DNA of 64,000 bases from a virus (taxonomy: Duplodnaviria > Caudoviricetes): the IMG/VR virus record IMGVR_UViG_3300035670_011014, positions 814-64,813 of that record. One strand, 5' to 3'. A program made the position numbers and the translations under genes. Shown here piece by piece: positions 29,342-40,400 of this stretch (positions within the stretch are counted from its first letter, which is position 1; each line of letters starts with the position of its first letter). The notes beneath the pieces are model-generated. The model saw only the letters and a program-made list of their open reading frames with translations. It was not told where the DNA came from and searched no databases.

Positions 29342-30469
29342 ATGAAAGATGTGTTACTCGAAGTACTAGGCGTGCCACCCAACATTTTAGACTCCGCCCG
29401 CAAACTATATAATGAATTTGCGAAATTCGTTTTTAACGAAGTTAAGCACACAAATGACTCGGAAACTTATAATTTTGTGATTAAATCGGACTCTGATATG
29501 AAAGTAGGAGAATATGACATAGACAGGGTAAACATCGAATTACAAATTATTCCTTTGGAAGTGGTTAATGAAATTGATTTTATTTCAATGGGTATTAATT
29601 CACGATCGAAAAAACCAACAGAAAAGAAACCCTACAGGGGAAAGATTATAACGGACGTAACAAATCCAAGGATTAGCGTTAAAATTGTTACACCTGAAAT
29701 ATGGGATATTCAGGATTTGTATAATTACATTCGTAAGGATAAAATTAAACTAACATCTTCATTTTCCCACGAACTTAAACACCTATATGACGACAAAAAG
29801 AAAAAATGGGAATACCTTAAGCCAAGAACAAGGTACATAGCCGCTCAGTCAGTTCCCCGTTTTCGTATCAACCCATTAGACGAATTTGCCCATATTATTT
29901 ACTACACTCATGTAGTGGAGAATTTAGTCAGGACTACTGAAGTATTGTCTCAATTAGAAGATAACAAAGTTCCCAAAAGAGAATTTTTAAATTTCCTCTT
30001 GGACAACAAAACCTATCAAGATTTGAAACAATACAGAAATTTTTCGACTGAAAAACTTAAGGAAGATATAAAAGAAAATTACATTGAAAGGGTTAAGGAA
30101 ATTTTAGACAAAGTTGATATTGATTATTCACAAATGTCAGAAAATGAAATGGTAAATGAAATACTGACGCTTTGGTATGTAAATTTTGTCAACACAGATA
30201 TAGAAGCATTCTCTGATGCGATGAGTTCGAATTTCATAGAAAGAATTATGGGTTTCAGTGGAAACAAAGAGAAAGTTTTATTACAACACATAAGTGATGT
30301 GTCTAAGTTTCAAAATCGTCCTTTAGATTTTTACAAGTTTGAAGAAAACAAAATTAAAAGAGTCACTGGTGAAATGTTGAAGAAAATCCATAAACTGTAT
30401 AGTCTACTTCCCGATAACGAAAACAACGATATTAGTAAGTTACACCAAAAAATTACATCCAAAAAATAA
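29342..30469 (+). CDS. Hypothetical protein with HExxH zinc-peptidase-like motif
   Basis: SHELKHLYD plus downstream YY...E..V...E; has its own TATTTATA at 29330. Confidence 0.5.
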   Translation: MKDVLLEVLGVPPNILDSARKLYNEFAKFVFNEVKHTNDSETYNFVIKSDSDMKVGEYDIDRVNIELQIIPLEVVNEIDFISMGINSRSKKPTEKKPYRGKIITDVTNPRISVKIVTPEIWDIQDLYNYIRKDKIKLTSSFSHELKHLYDDKKKKWEYLKPRTRYIAAQSVPRFRINPLDEFAHIIYYTHVVENLVRTTEVLSQLEDNKVPKREFLNFLLDNKTYQDLKQYRNFSTEKLKEDIKENYIERVKEILDKVDIDYSQMSENEMVNEILTLWYVNFVNTDIEAFSDAMSSNFIERIMGFSGNKEKVLLQHISDVSKFQNRPLDFYKFEENKIKRVTGEMLKKIHKLYSLLPDNENNDISKLHQKITSKK

Positions 30470-30476
30470 TTAAAAA

Positions 30477-32348
30477 ATGTTTCAAACACAAGACAACAGT
30501 CAAACCACGGGTGGAGATTTAGGAGCAACAGCGAAGGGTGTCTTAGGTACTTACAAGGACATTCAGGATGCAATTAAAGAATATGGTACAACCTTAGGTG
30601 ACAATGTAATCAAACAATTCGAAGATATCCAAGGAAAGGCGGCAACGTTAAATAAAACATTACTTAATGGTATTTCGGGTTACGATAGAGGTATTTCACA
30701 AGTTTTGACAAAAACTTTGAACAAAACACTTCAAATCGGAGGAACTATTCAAGATGCAACTGATGCGTACTCCACAATTAATACAGAGTTAGGGAAGAGT
30801 GTAATCCTCAACGAGGATATTTTAACCAAAACAATTGAGTTTTCTAAAGCAACTGGTTTATCCGTTGCGGAATCGGCAAAGTTGGTTGCTAATTTTATGG
30901 ATTTAGGTTTGAGTATTGCTCAGTCTCAAAAAGAATCTGAAAAATTACGACAGACGGCAGCAAAATTTGGTATAAATGCTGGACAATTCATAAAAACGAT
31001 AGGTGAAAATATCAAAACCGCAGCGGCTTATGGATTTAGAAACGGTATCGATGGATTAAGTAAAATGGTGGCTCGTTCTCAAGCGTTACGAGTTGAATTC
31101 AAAGGAATTACAGGATTAGCGGACAGACTATTCGATCCGGAAAAGGCGATTGAGTTAGCGGCAAATATGCAAGTTTTAGGAGGTGCCGTTGGTGACTTAG
31201 CCGATCCATTCAAACTGATGTACATGGCGGAGAATGATGTGGAGGGGTTACAGGAGGCAATCGGACAAGCTGCGGCTGCATCAGTAACATTCAATGAACA
31301 AACAGGGGATTTCAAACTGACAGGTACAGAAATGAGGAGGTTAAGGGCTCAAGCAGATGCGTTGGGTATGGATTATAATGATTTGGTAGATAAGTCTATT
31401 AAGTATAGACGAGAGTCGGAAATTTTATCAAGATTACAACCTCTACAAGGATTTTCAAACTTAAGTAAAGAACAACAACAAGTTATTGCATCTTTAGCCG
31501 AGATAGGACCCGGAGGAAAAGTCGACTTACGTCTACCGGGATTCGAACAGGGTGTGACGAATTTTGCTGCTTTATTTCAGAAAGGTACTGATGAACAAAT
31601 TGCTTTGGCTGAGTTTCAAGCCTCACAACAAAAAAGTGACAGAGATATCGCACAAGAGCAACTTGCAATATCAACAAAAAATGAAATTAACGTTAGAACA
31701 ATACGAGATGCTGTTGTTATAATGGCAGCAGAAGGGAGGGGTAGTAAGGTAGGAGATTTCTTAACCAAAATAGAAGATTATACAAAGCAAATTGGTGAGT
31801 TCGTAGATGATAATTACGAAAAAGTTGCGAAAATTGGAAGTTCACTTTCCAACGCAGCACTAAATGCTGCTAAAGTAGGCGCTGAAGGTGCTATTGCAGC
31901 ATCGGAACAAGCGGTTCGCACTGCAACTGCCATCCAAGGAGGTGACGTTTACTTACCAAAAAATATGGAAAAGGCTGTGGTAAGTCCAGCAGGGACTTTT
32001 TCCTTGAGGGAAGATGATGAATTAATTGCCGGAACTAATCTTGGATTGAACGAACTCGGATATCAAAATGATCCTTTCCAATTGTTATCGAAGCAATTAG
32101 AAGTCCAAACCAATGAAATAAAAAACGCATCAGTATCCCCACTTTTGCTAGACTCGACTAAAAACATACAAGTTCAAATGGACAACTTGAATATACAACA
32201 TAGTGTTAACGGCTCAATTGCTATCACTGGATTACCTACGACAAGTAGAATTTCTAGAGACTTGTTTGAAGACTCAGACTTTATAGTTGCTTTGAAAAAC
32301 AAAATTCAACAAGAATTAGAGGATTCTTTGAAAAAACAATTAGTTTAA
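30477..32348 (+). CDS. Tape measure protein
   Basis: 623 aa, Ala/Gly-rich and alpha-helical; canonical position after tube and chaperone genes. Confidence 0.7.
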   Translation: MFQTQDNSQTTGGDLGATAKGVLGTYKDIQDAIKEYGTTLGDNVIKQFEDIQGKAATLNKTLLNGISGYDRGISQVLTKTLNKTLQIGGTIQDATDAYSTINTELGKSVILNEDILTKTIEFSKATGLSVAESAKLVANFMDLGLSIAQSQKESEKLRQTAAKFGINAGQFIKTIGENIKTAAAYGFRNGIDGLSKMVARSQALRVEFKGITGLADRLFDPEKAIELAANMQVLGGAVGDLADPFKLMYMAENDVEGLQEAIGQAAAASVTFNEQTGDFKLTGTEMRRLRAQADALGMDYNDLVDKSIKYRRESEILSRLQPLQGFSNLSKEQQQVIASLAEIGPGGKVDLRLPGFEQGVTNFAALFQKGTDEQIALAEFQASQQKSDRDIAQEQLAISTKNEINVRTIRDAVVIMAAEGRGSKVGDFLTKIEDYTKQIGEFVDDNYEKVAKIGSSLSNAALNAAKVGAEGAIAASEQAVRTATAIQGGDVYLPKNMEKAVVSPAGTFSLREDDELIAGTNLGLNELGYQNDPFQLLSKQLEVQTNEIKNASVSPLLLDSTKNIQVQMDNLNIQHSVNGSIAITGLPTTSRISRDLFEDSDFIVALKNKIQQELEDSLKKQLV

Positions 32349-32388
32349 AAAATAACACATAAATCTATTTATCAATAAAAGGAAATAG

Positions 32389-35300
32389 ATGCCAAGTCCA
32401 TTATCGTTTGCCGCGACACAAAACTTCAGAAACGACTTACTTGTAAGGAACTTAACTCCTTACACAGTTCCGGGTTCTTTTTCCCCCATTAATACGAATC
32501 AGGGGACATCGTCTATTATTCTTAATACATCATCAGTAATTGACTCTCCTTCAGTAGAAATAATAGGAGATGCTCAAGAGAGGGATTTATACAAACTTAA
32601 CAAATATGGACCAGGTTTAACAAATAACGGTTATGGTGATACCGTTATAATTAATCAGAATAATCTGTTAGCTTCGAATCTAGGTCCGTATCGTTCATAC
32701 AGTAGTCAACCAAACAGGACAAGTGATCAGTCACAGACAGATGCTTTCTTACAAAACGTGTACGGACCTGAGGGAGGATATGGAGATTTAATTGACATCG
32801 TTGATATACAAAGAACCATTGGTACAAGAGAGGCTTACTACAAGTTTGTGGCTTCTCATTATAATCCTGCTCAAATTTTACTACAACAAGATCCTACAGG
32901 GACTAATGGATTACTTTCACAAGACTCTGCTTTGGCACAAATAGGTGCACAAACACTTAGAAACGAATTCATAAATCGAGTTGCTCAAGAGACGTATCAA
33001 CAAACGTTAGGAAGGGCAAATGCGTTTGATAATAGCGCGGATGCTTTCGACTTACTCGGTATTGCGGTTGGAGCGAGGACTATTATAGAACCTGATTGGC
33101 ATATCAGTGTACCTGATACTTTAATCGGAAAAGGTTTAGATTTTATATCAAGAGTAACAGGTGTATATGCACCTTACTCATGGATACCGGGCGATTATTT
33201 CAGATTGGAACCCAAAGTTAGTGGTTTGAATCAAGCCATCAACAATATTGCATCTGTATTTGGCGCGACAAAAAAATTACTTCCTGAAAAGAAAACAGGT
33301 TCTGATATTTTCTTAGCCAATACAGGTGGAGGACAAAAAAGTAGACTATTTAAAAACATAAGTTATAGTAAGTTCCGTCCTGACTATAAAACTAATTTCA
33401 TAAATGAACTTAATTTATTAGCACCTCTTGGAAACTATTACATAGGTTCGAGAGCTAATGACTTGAGTAACATTCTATACCCACAAGACGAGTTACCAAA
33501 AGACGAATACGGAAATAACATTCAAATGGCGGTTAGGGATTACACAGAAATGGGTAAACTCTATGAAGGACCCGAAAAAGATTTCCAATTCGGATTGAAC
33601 ACCAGTGCGGCTATAGATGGTTTCGGTGTACAAGGTGGATTCACATGGGTGTCCCCCAAGTTCAAAGGTAATGCCGGTTTCAAAGTTGGAAAAGGAGCTG
33701 AGGTTTATGGACAAGATACTGACTTCGATGGGATTTCAGCACAGTACAACAGGACGGAATCTACAAACTATGATTTCACAAGAGGTTCAATCTTGGACGA
33801 TACCCAAAGAATTATTGAGGCAGTTCCAAACAATGGTGGAAGACTATACCATGTGGGTAATGCAATCGATCAAGTTTCAAAAGTATTCAACGATGGATAC
33901 AAAGAAATGACAAAGGGTTCAAGAGTAATTAAGTATGTAGATGAAAATGGTGCAATTCGTGGTGAAGAATATTGTAGAGTTTTTACCAAAGATACTCCAT
34001 ACTATACCTTTAATGATTTACAGAAGACAGATGGTAACATCCGTAAATTTACAAACTCTGTTTTAGATTCTACCTTCAATTTGAACATTGCCCCAAACTC
34101 GAGAGAGGGTGGACAAGATTCTTCCAACCTAATCGGAGGAGAAAACGGTAATGCAAAAAAATATATGTTCTCTATCGAAAATTTGGCGTGGAGAACTTCT
34201 AACAAACCAGGATTTACTGTAAATGATTTACCAATAAGTGAAAGAGGTCCAAATGGTGGAAGAGTTATGTGGTTCCCACCATATGACATTTCATTCGATG
34301 AAACTAACACGGCTCGATGGGATGAGAATGTGTTTTTAGGTAGACCTGAGCCAATATACACATACAATAGTACCAAAAGAAGTGGAAGTTTGAGTTGGAA
34401 AATTGTTGTTGATCACCCTTCGATATTGAACGTGATCGTGAATAAGATTCTCACTAAACCGCAGTCACAACAAGAATTAAATGCGATAGTTGAATCTTTC
34501 ATGGCGGGTTGCCTGAAGTATGATATATATGAATTAGCCCAAAGATTCCCAAGTTTTTCGAGAAAAGAGTTGGAAGAAATTCTTTCAGAGACTAAAAACT
34601 TAAATGATGTGGCTCCCGAGTTCCAAAACAGTCAGACGGGTGCGGATGGTAACGCCTCACAAAATAACGCTGCAAGTGGATTCAATCCGATACTACAAAA
34701 TTTTCAAAACTTATCTTTTTACTTTGACGAAAATGTTCCCAATGGAGGTGCTGGTGTAAATACAACTTCAGAGTCTTTCGATACCGCCTTTAGTTCATAC
34801 AAGTCTGAAAAAGGTTCCTACGAAGCTGCGAACGGAACAGGTTCGACACAAATAGGAGATTTCTTTACTACAAACATTTCAGATCAAAAATTCAATTCAT
34901 ATGTGAGTGAATTTTTACCAAAACTCTATGAAGATTTAGAACAAAATGTTACAGTAACATTAACATTATTGGGACAAACAGATAATAGTGCGTCTCCTGA
35001 AGCTAATATGTCTATCAGTAAACGTAGAATAGAAGCGGTAAAAAACTTCATTTTAAATTACAGTTTTGGTGACAACAAGAAAATTTCAAAATATGCCGAT
35101 AGGTTAAGATTTGAAGACAATCCAATTGGTGCAACAAGCACAAACGAAAGTGGGGTTGGGTGTGATACGACAACATCTGGACAATACAATATTTCAAGTG
35201 TAGGTTGTAGAAGAGTTGTTATTACTAAAATAAATGAATCTCCTAACCCTTCGAATCCACAACAAGAGGAACAAGAAGCTCAGAACAGTCCAAGAACACA

Positions 35301-37152
35301 AACAAGACAGTCTAACGCAGAAGGAACTACAAATAGTACTAGTGTACAACAAACAACCAATCCGAATTACACAAACTTGGCTAAGAAAATATTGAAAAGA
35401 CTTTTGAACGAGTCAGACTATTTTCAAGTCATGAAGTCTGAAAACCCAATGGTGTATGATTCACTAAAAGATAAATTGAAATTTTTTCAACCAGCTTTTC
35501 ACTCAATGACACCTGAGGGATTAAATAGTAGACTAACTTTTTTGAATCAATGTGTAAGACCTGGTGATACAATACCAACGATAGGACCTAATGGGCAACT
35601 AATACAAAACGATGCTATAAATACATCGTTTGGTGCGCCACCTGTTTGTGTATTAAGAATAGGTGATTTCTATCATTCAAAGATTGTAATTGGTTCTATT
35701 TCATTCAGATATGATCCTTTAGTTTTCGATATTAATCCTGAGGGAATTGGTGTACAACCTATGATTGCAGATGTACAGATCAACTTTGATTTCATCGGCG
35801 GACAAGGATTGGCAGCTCCGATTCAAAAGTTACAAAACGCTCTTTCGTTTAATTACTACGCTAACACTGAAATGTATGATGATAGGGCTGAAGTTACAGA
35901 AGACACAAGTGTGTTTGACAAACAAGTATATGATTCACTTGTATCTCAAGGATTAATCGGACCTCCGACAACTCAATCGTCGAATGATGCCGGTGTCACT
36001 ATTGGTGATATTAAAACCACAAGAACAAGCGAAACAGGACAAACGGGTACTATTTCATACAAGCAACGTATGGATGATTTAGTTGATTTAACAAAGAAAT
36101 ACACAGACTCTGTGGTTAATAAATTGGAATCTATTAATGGTTCTTATAACTATGGAGTCTTGATGATATCAACCTCAGAAAGAAATTATCAAAATGGAAA
36201 GATAATGCAATTTGGAGGGAATTCCTTTGACACGAATTTGTATGGTAAATCAGATAAGATTCAATCAAAATTGGATGATATATTTCGTGATGCAATATCT
36301 GATGTAGATAACGACACATCACCTTTGATTAAGTTTGTTAAACCTAAAAATTTAACAGAAAGTGGTAAGAAACAGTTCAAAGAACAGATGAAGTCAAAAA
36401 TTGCGGCTAAAAAGAATAATTTTTTGACAGAAATATCAACCGCAACAAATGAAATAACAAAATCACAGTTGGATTTGATAAATCTGATGTCCAAACTTGA
36501 TTTTGTTGCCTACGATACTTCACTTTCACCTGCGAGTTTATTTGACGGATATGTTAAGGACAACAAACCAAATATATACGCATTGACAGGTACCACTGGA
36601 GTAACACAACCCGCAACACAATCAACGACAGATTTGGAACTCAAAGAAGACTACTTGACAGTAGGAACTGATTTGAAAGATTTTTATGATAATTTGGGGA
36701 CAAGTGGTATTATCCAAACCGGTAGTTTTGCAATTTCAAGTTTGAATACGTTTAGTACCGACATTAGCACCGATGCTGACAAAAGATTTTACATGATTTT
36801 TTCGAATGAAATATTGTCGAACACTCAAGAGTTTATTACTTCAGTTTTGGGTAATTTGTCACAGTTTAACACATGGACTGATGAGGTAACCGCCGGTACA
36901 AATGAACTGAAAAATTACTACCAAGTTTCGAAAGATGCGAGTAATCAAATATTCGAGGAATTTAGGACTAATTACTATGAACCGAATTGGGGGACATATC
37001 TACCATACCCCTTGGGTAAAACCCGTGACTTTGATTATGGAACCGTTGGTAGTCCAACAAATGTAGTAAAAACTAGATTTACTAACATCTATAAAACAAC
37101 TAACTTGAATAATGACAAGACTAGTTTCTTGGGTAAAAAAGTCTTTAACTAA
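32389..37152 (+). CDS. Large baseplate/tail-initiator-like protein with an internal OmpA-like domain
   Basis: Follows the tape measure; WFPPYD.SF.E...W....FLGRPEPIYTY and PVCVLRIGDFY (tube-initiator-like); internal FYFD...LLGQTD...NMSISKRRIEAVKNFI...RRVVI. Confidence 0.6.
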   Translation: MPSPLSFAATQNFRNDLLVRNLTPYTVPGSFSPINTNQGTSSIILNTSSVIDSPSVEIIGDAQERDLYKLNKYGPGLTNNGYGDTVIINQNNLLASNLGPYRSYSSQPNRTSDQSQTDAFLQNVYGPEGGYGDLIDIVDIQRTIGTREAYYKFVASHYNPAQILLQQDPTGTNGLLSQDSALAQIGAQTLRNEFINRVAQETYQQTLGRANAFDNSADAFDLLGIAVGARTIIEPDWHISVPDTLIGKGLDFISRVTGVYAPYSWIPGDYFRLEPKVSGLNQAINNIASVFGATKKLLPEKKTGSDIFLANTGGGQKSRLFKNISYSKFRPDYKTNFINELNLLAPLGNYYIGSRANDLSNILYPQDELPKDEYGNNIQMAVRDYTEMGKLYEGPEKDFQFGLNTSAAIDGFGVQGGFTWVSPKFKGNAGFKVGKGAEVYGQDTDFDGISAQYNRTESTNYDFTRGSILDDTQRIIEAVPNNGGRLYHVGNAIDQVSKVFNDGYKEMTKGSRVIKYVDENGAIRGEEYCRVFTKDTPYYTFNDLQKTDGNIRKFTNSVLDSTFNLNIAPNSREGGQDSSNLIGGENGNAKKYMFSIENLAWRTSNKPGFTVNDLPISERGPNGGRVMWFPPYDISFDETNTARWDENVFLGRPEPIYTYNSTKRSGSLSWKIVVDHPSILNVIVNKILTKPQSQQELNAIVESFMAGCLKYDIYELAQRFPSFSRKELEEILSETKNLNDVAPEFQNSQTGADGNASQNNAASGFNPILQNFQNLSFYFDENVPNGGAGVNTTSESFDTAFSSYKSEKGSYEAANGTGSTQIGDFFTTNISDQKFNSYVSEFLPKLYEDLEQNVTVTLTLLGQTDNSASPEANMSISKRRIEAVKNFILNYSFGDNKKISKYADRLRFEDNPIGATSTNESGVGCDTTTSGQYNISSVGCRRVVITKINESPNPSNPQQEEQEAQNSPRTQTRQSNAEGTTNSTSVQQTTNPNYTNLAKKILKRLLNESDYFQVMKSENPMVYDSLKDKLKFFQPAFHSMTPEGLNSRLTFLNQCVRPGDTIPTIGPNGQLIQNDAINTSFGAPPVCVLRIGDFYHSKIVIGSISFRYDPLVFDINPEGIGVQPMIADVQINFDFIGGQGLAAPIQKLQNALSFNYYANTEMYDDRAEVTEDTSVFDKQVYDSLVSQGLIGPPTTQSSNDAGVTIGDIKTTRTSETGQTGTISYKQRMDDLVDLTKKYTDSVVNKLESINGSYNYGVLMISTSERNYQNGKIMQFGGNSFDTNLYGKSDKIQSKLDDIFRDAISDVDNDTSPLIKFVKPKNLTESGKKQFKEQMKSKIAAKKNNFLTEISTATNEITKSQLDLINLMSKLDFVAYDTSLSPASLFDGYVKDNKPNIYALTGTTGVTQPATQSTTDLELKEDYLTVGTDLKDFYDNLGTSGIIQTGSFAISSLNTFSTDISTDADKRFYMIFSNEILSNTQEFITSVLGNLSQFNTWTDEVTAGTNELKNYYQVSKDASNQIFEEFRTNYYEPNWGTYLPYPLGKTRDFDYGTVGSPTNVVKTRFTNIYKTTNLNNDKTSFLGKKVFN

Positions 37153-37469
37153 TGGCGTACTTTAATAGATATCAATATTTTCTTGTCAACGGGGAACAAA
37201 CAGTAGTTCCGTATGTGACTTTACCTGCAAAAACAACAGACAAACGAACAGTATACAGAACAGGTAAATCAAGGTTAGACAAATTAAGTCAAGACTTTTA
37301 TGGTTCACCATATTTTGGATGGTTAATAATGGTTGCAAATCCCGAATTTGGAACAGAAGAATGGGACATTCCAGATGGTTCATTAGTGGTAATTCCATTC
37401 CCCCTCATTTCCTCTCTTCAAGACTATAAAGCGGCGGTAGATAATCATTTCTTATATTATGGCAGATAA
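37152..37469 (+). CDS. LysM-like baseplate wedge protein (gp53/tail X-like)
   Basis: RLDKLSQDFYGSPYFGWLIMVANP...IPDGSLVVIP. Confidence 0.75.
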   Translation: MAYFNRYQYFLVNGEQTVVPYVTLPAKTTDKRTVYRTGKSRLDKLSQDFYGSPYFGWLIMVANPEFGTEEWDIPDGSLVVIPFPLISSLQDYKAAVDNHFLYYGR

Positions 37470-40400
37470 CATTTTCGGTAGAAAGTTCTATGCTGAAGAA
37501 AAAATTGCGGTAGAAACTGACTACAATAACATACTCCTTATCGATCCCAATAAGATTGTAACTCCTGATGGTAAATTTGAAGAAAGAAATGTTCAACAGG
37601 AGAACTTAGTAATGTATGCCAATTTAGAAGCAAAATTTTTGCCACGAACTAAATTGGCTAATGGTGTCACTCTCGAGGAGTCTATATATAATGTTCCGAT
37701 TGCGAACATGAATATAAATTTTTTAAATCCAGGACAAAAGGGGTTTCTTGACAGTTCATGGGCTGACTACATTACGGGTGAAAATTCACTCAAACAACAA
37801 GGGCAGAATCAGATTAAAACTAACACAAGAATTGATTCGAATAATCAACAAGTAATTAACAGGACTGTTGTCAATCAAAACGATAATCAAACCCTTGGAA
37901 TCAAAAGTATCAAAATTAGAAATACTACTGCTCAGGTTCCCCAAGTAGATATCGAACTTGTAGACGTACAAGGACGCACATTATTCGAACAGGGTGAAAA
38001 CTCGATTTACTCTGCTTTTTTTCAATTACCATACCCAATTTTTACATTGACAATCAAGGGATATTATGGTAAAGCGGTACAATATCAATTAAATTTATTA
38101 TCCTTCAACACAAGATTCGATCCGAATGACGGAAGTTACAAAGTTAGTCTGAAATTTATAGGAAGAACGACACAACTTTTGTATGATATTAATTTATCAC
38201 AATTGGTGACATTACCTAAAATGTTCCCGATTACTGTCAATTCTGAAACCGAAATTACTGAGCCGAGTGAGAGTAAAACAACAACGGTATCAAATACCCA
38301 AACTACACGAGGTATGCAAAAGTTGTTTGAAGTTTATGATTTGTACGAATCAAAAAATTTAATACCTGAAAATTTCCCAAGGTTGACAATTGAGGAAATG
38401 ATTTCACGATATGAGAATTTCCAAAACATCATAGTTAAACAGTACGGTGAACAAGATATGAGTGTCTTGAATGATATTGTTGAGTATGAAAAACAAATTC
38501 AAACATATAAAAATCAAATAGTTGGGGTTGGTAATCAGTCATGGTTTGGTAAATACATGGATGGATTTAATTTTTACGTCAGCAAAGACGGACAAACAAG
38601 ATATTACAAATTCAAACAAGAGATAACCGAAGATCAAAAAAACACCGCGAGATCTGAACTCAAAGACTTATACATTTCACAAAACAATAAGAAGTTAGCT
38701 GAAAACAAAACTTTCGGAAACGATGGTAATTTCACAATTGACGGAGAAAGAATAGTCACTGAAGTGATAAATGATATTGATTACAAAGATTTTTACAAAA
38801 CTTTTGACAAAGACAATATTGATTGGGAAAAAACATACCAACAACGTTTCAGAGTATCGGGTTCTACAACCCAAATAATTGCTTTTAAATTAACTGAGGA
38901 GGCTAACATACTTTTACTAACAAATAAGTTAGATGAAAACGGTGAACCTGTAGAAACTGAACCACAGTTTTTTATTTTCGGAGACACGGCAATTCCCGGT
39001 AGTTATACCCTAAACAGTTTTTATTTCAAAATTAATAAAATACTACAGGATTTTTTACCAAAAAAACAAAAGGTAGAATTACTAATGTCTGAAAGATTGG
39101 CAAAAAAAATATCTTCAGATCAAGGATTAGGGTTTTATCCTTCAGTTCGTAATGTGGTTGCTATTATAGTCGCCAGTGCCGATGCGTTTTTATCGTTAAT
39201 GGATGATATACACCGAAACGCGTGGAACCAAAGACAAAATCCTGTAAGGTTGAATTCAATCATCAACTCCAACACAAGCGGAATCGGAACAGACACAAAA
39301 CAAAGTTTACAGACAAACACTCAAGGACTGGATTTTGTTTATCCGTGGCCTCAGTATTTCGAACTCGAAAGAGATTCACAAGGAAACGAATTCTATGTTG
39401 AAAAATACCCTGGTGACGTGGACAGTATATCCTCAACCCAGGGTTATCTATCGGATGTGTGGCCTGAAATAGAATTTACAGAAGAATTTATCAGAGCCTC
39501 ACAACGCACAACAGTAGCTAAAACAGACAATGATTATGGCAATCCTGCTATTAGTGCTACGTTTGTACCTGTAACGTCTTTGGAGTTCCCACTGAATCAG
39601 ACACCATACAAGACTTCGGCTATTGTCAATAATTTATATGAAATTTTTGAAAGAAGTTATCTAATTGCCTACTACAACAATATTAATTTCGGAACTGAAG
39701 ACAAGTTTGAAATTTTCAAATCATTTGCAGATTTAGAAACATTGAATATTCTAAATAATTTGGACAACTTTGATACCAAACAATTACTCAAAAATTATAA
39801 ATTTACCTCACAAAATTTCTTGGAAGTTTTGCGACAATTTAGTAATGAAGGTACTGGTATAAGTTATCAACAATATGAAAGGGACATTTTCACCACACCT
39901 TATATACAAGAGTTTGTGGAAAACCCGAATCAAATCTACAATTCACAAACGGTAGATTCAAAATCTATAATAGTACCTGACAACGAAGAAAGTGTTAAAA
40001 AAATATCAGAACTTCTTTCTTCGTCTTTCAGTAAGAACTTTAAGTTTGACAGTAAATATCCATTCACTAACACAACTTGGGTAAAAAATAACCTACAAGG
40101 ATTATCGACAATTGGAAGTGCGGTTGATACGAATAACACAACACGGACACTCAAGTTTAATGCAAGAAAAAAATTGATTGCAAATTTTGAAAGTGATCCT
40201 ACAGTGGTACCCTCTATGTTAACTTATAATTCATGGTTGAAATTGGATAAGTGTGCCATCTTTACCAACAACGTGACAACCCGAGAACAAGTGACAACAT
40301 ATTACGATTTAGTTGAAGGTAATTTTTCGGTACCAAAAGCAGACGACTATGGGTTACAAGTTACTGTTGGACAGTATACATTTACAGCTGCAACTACACA

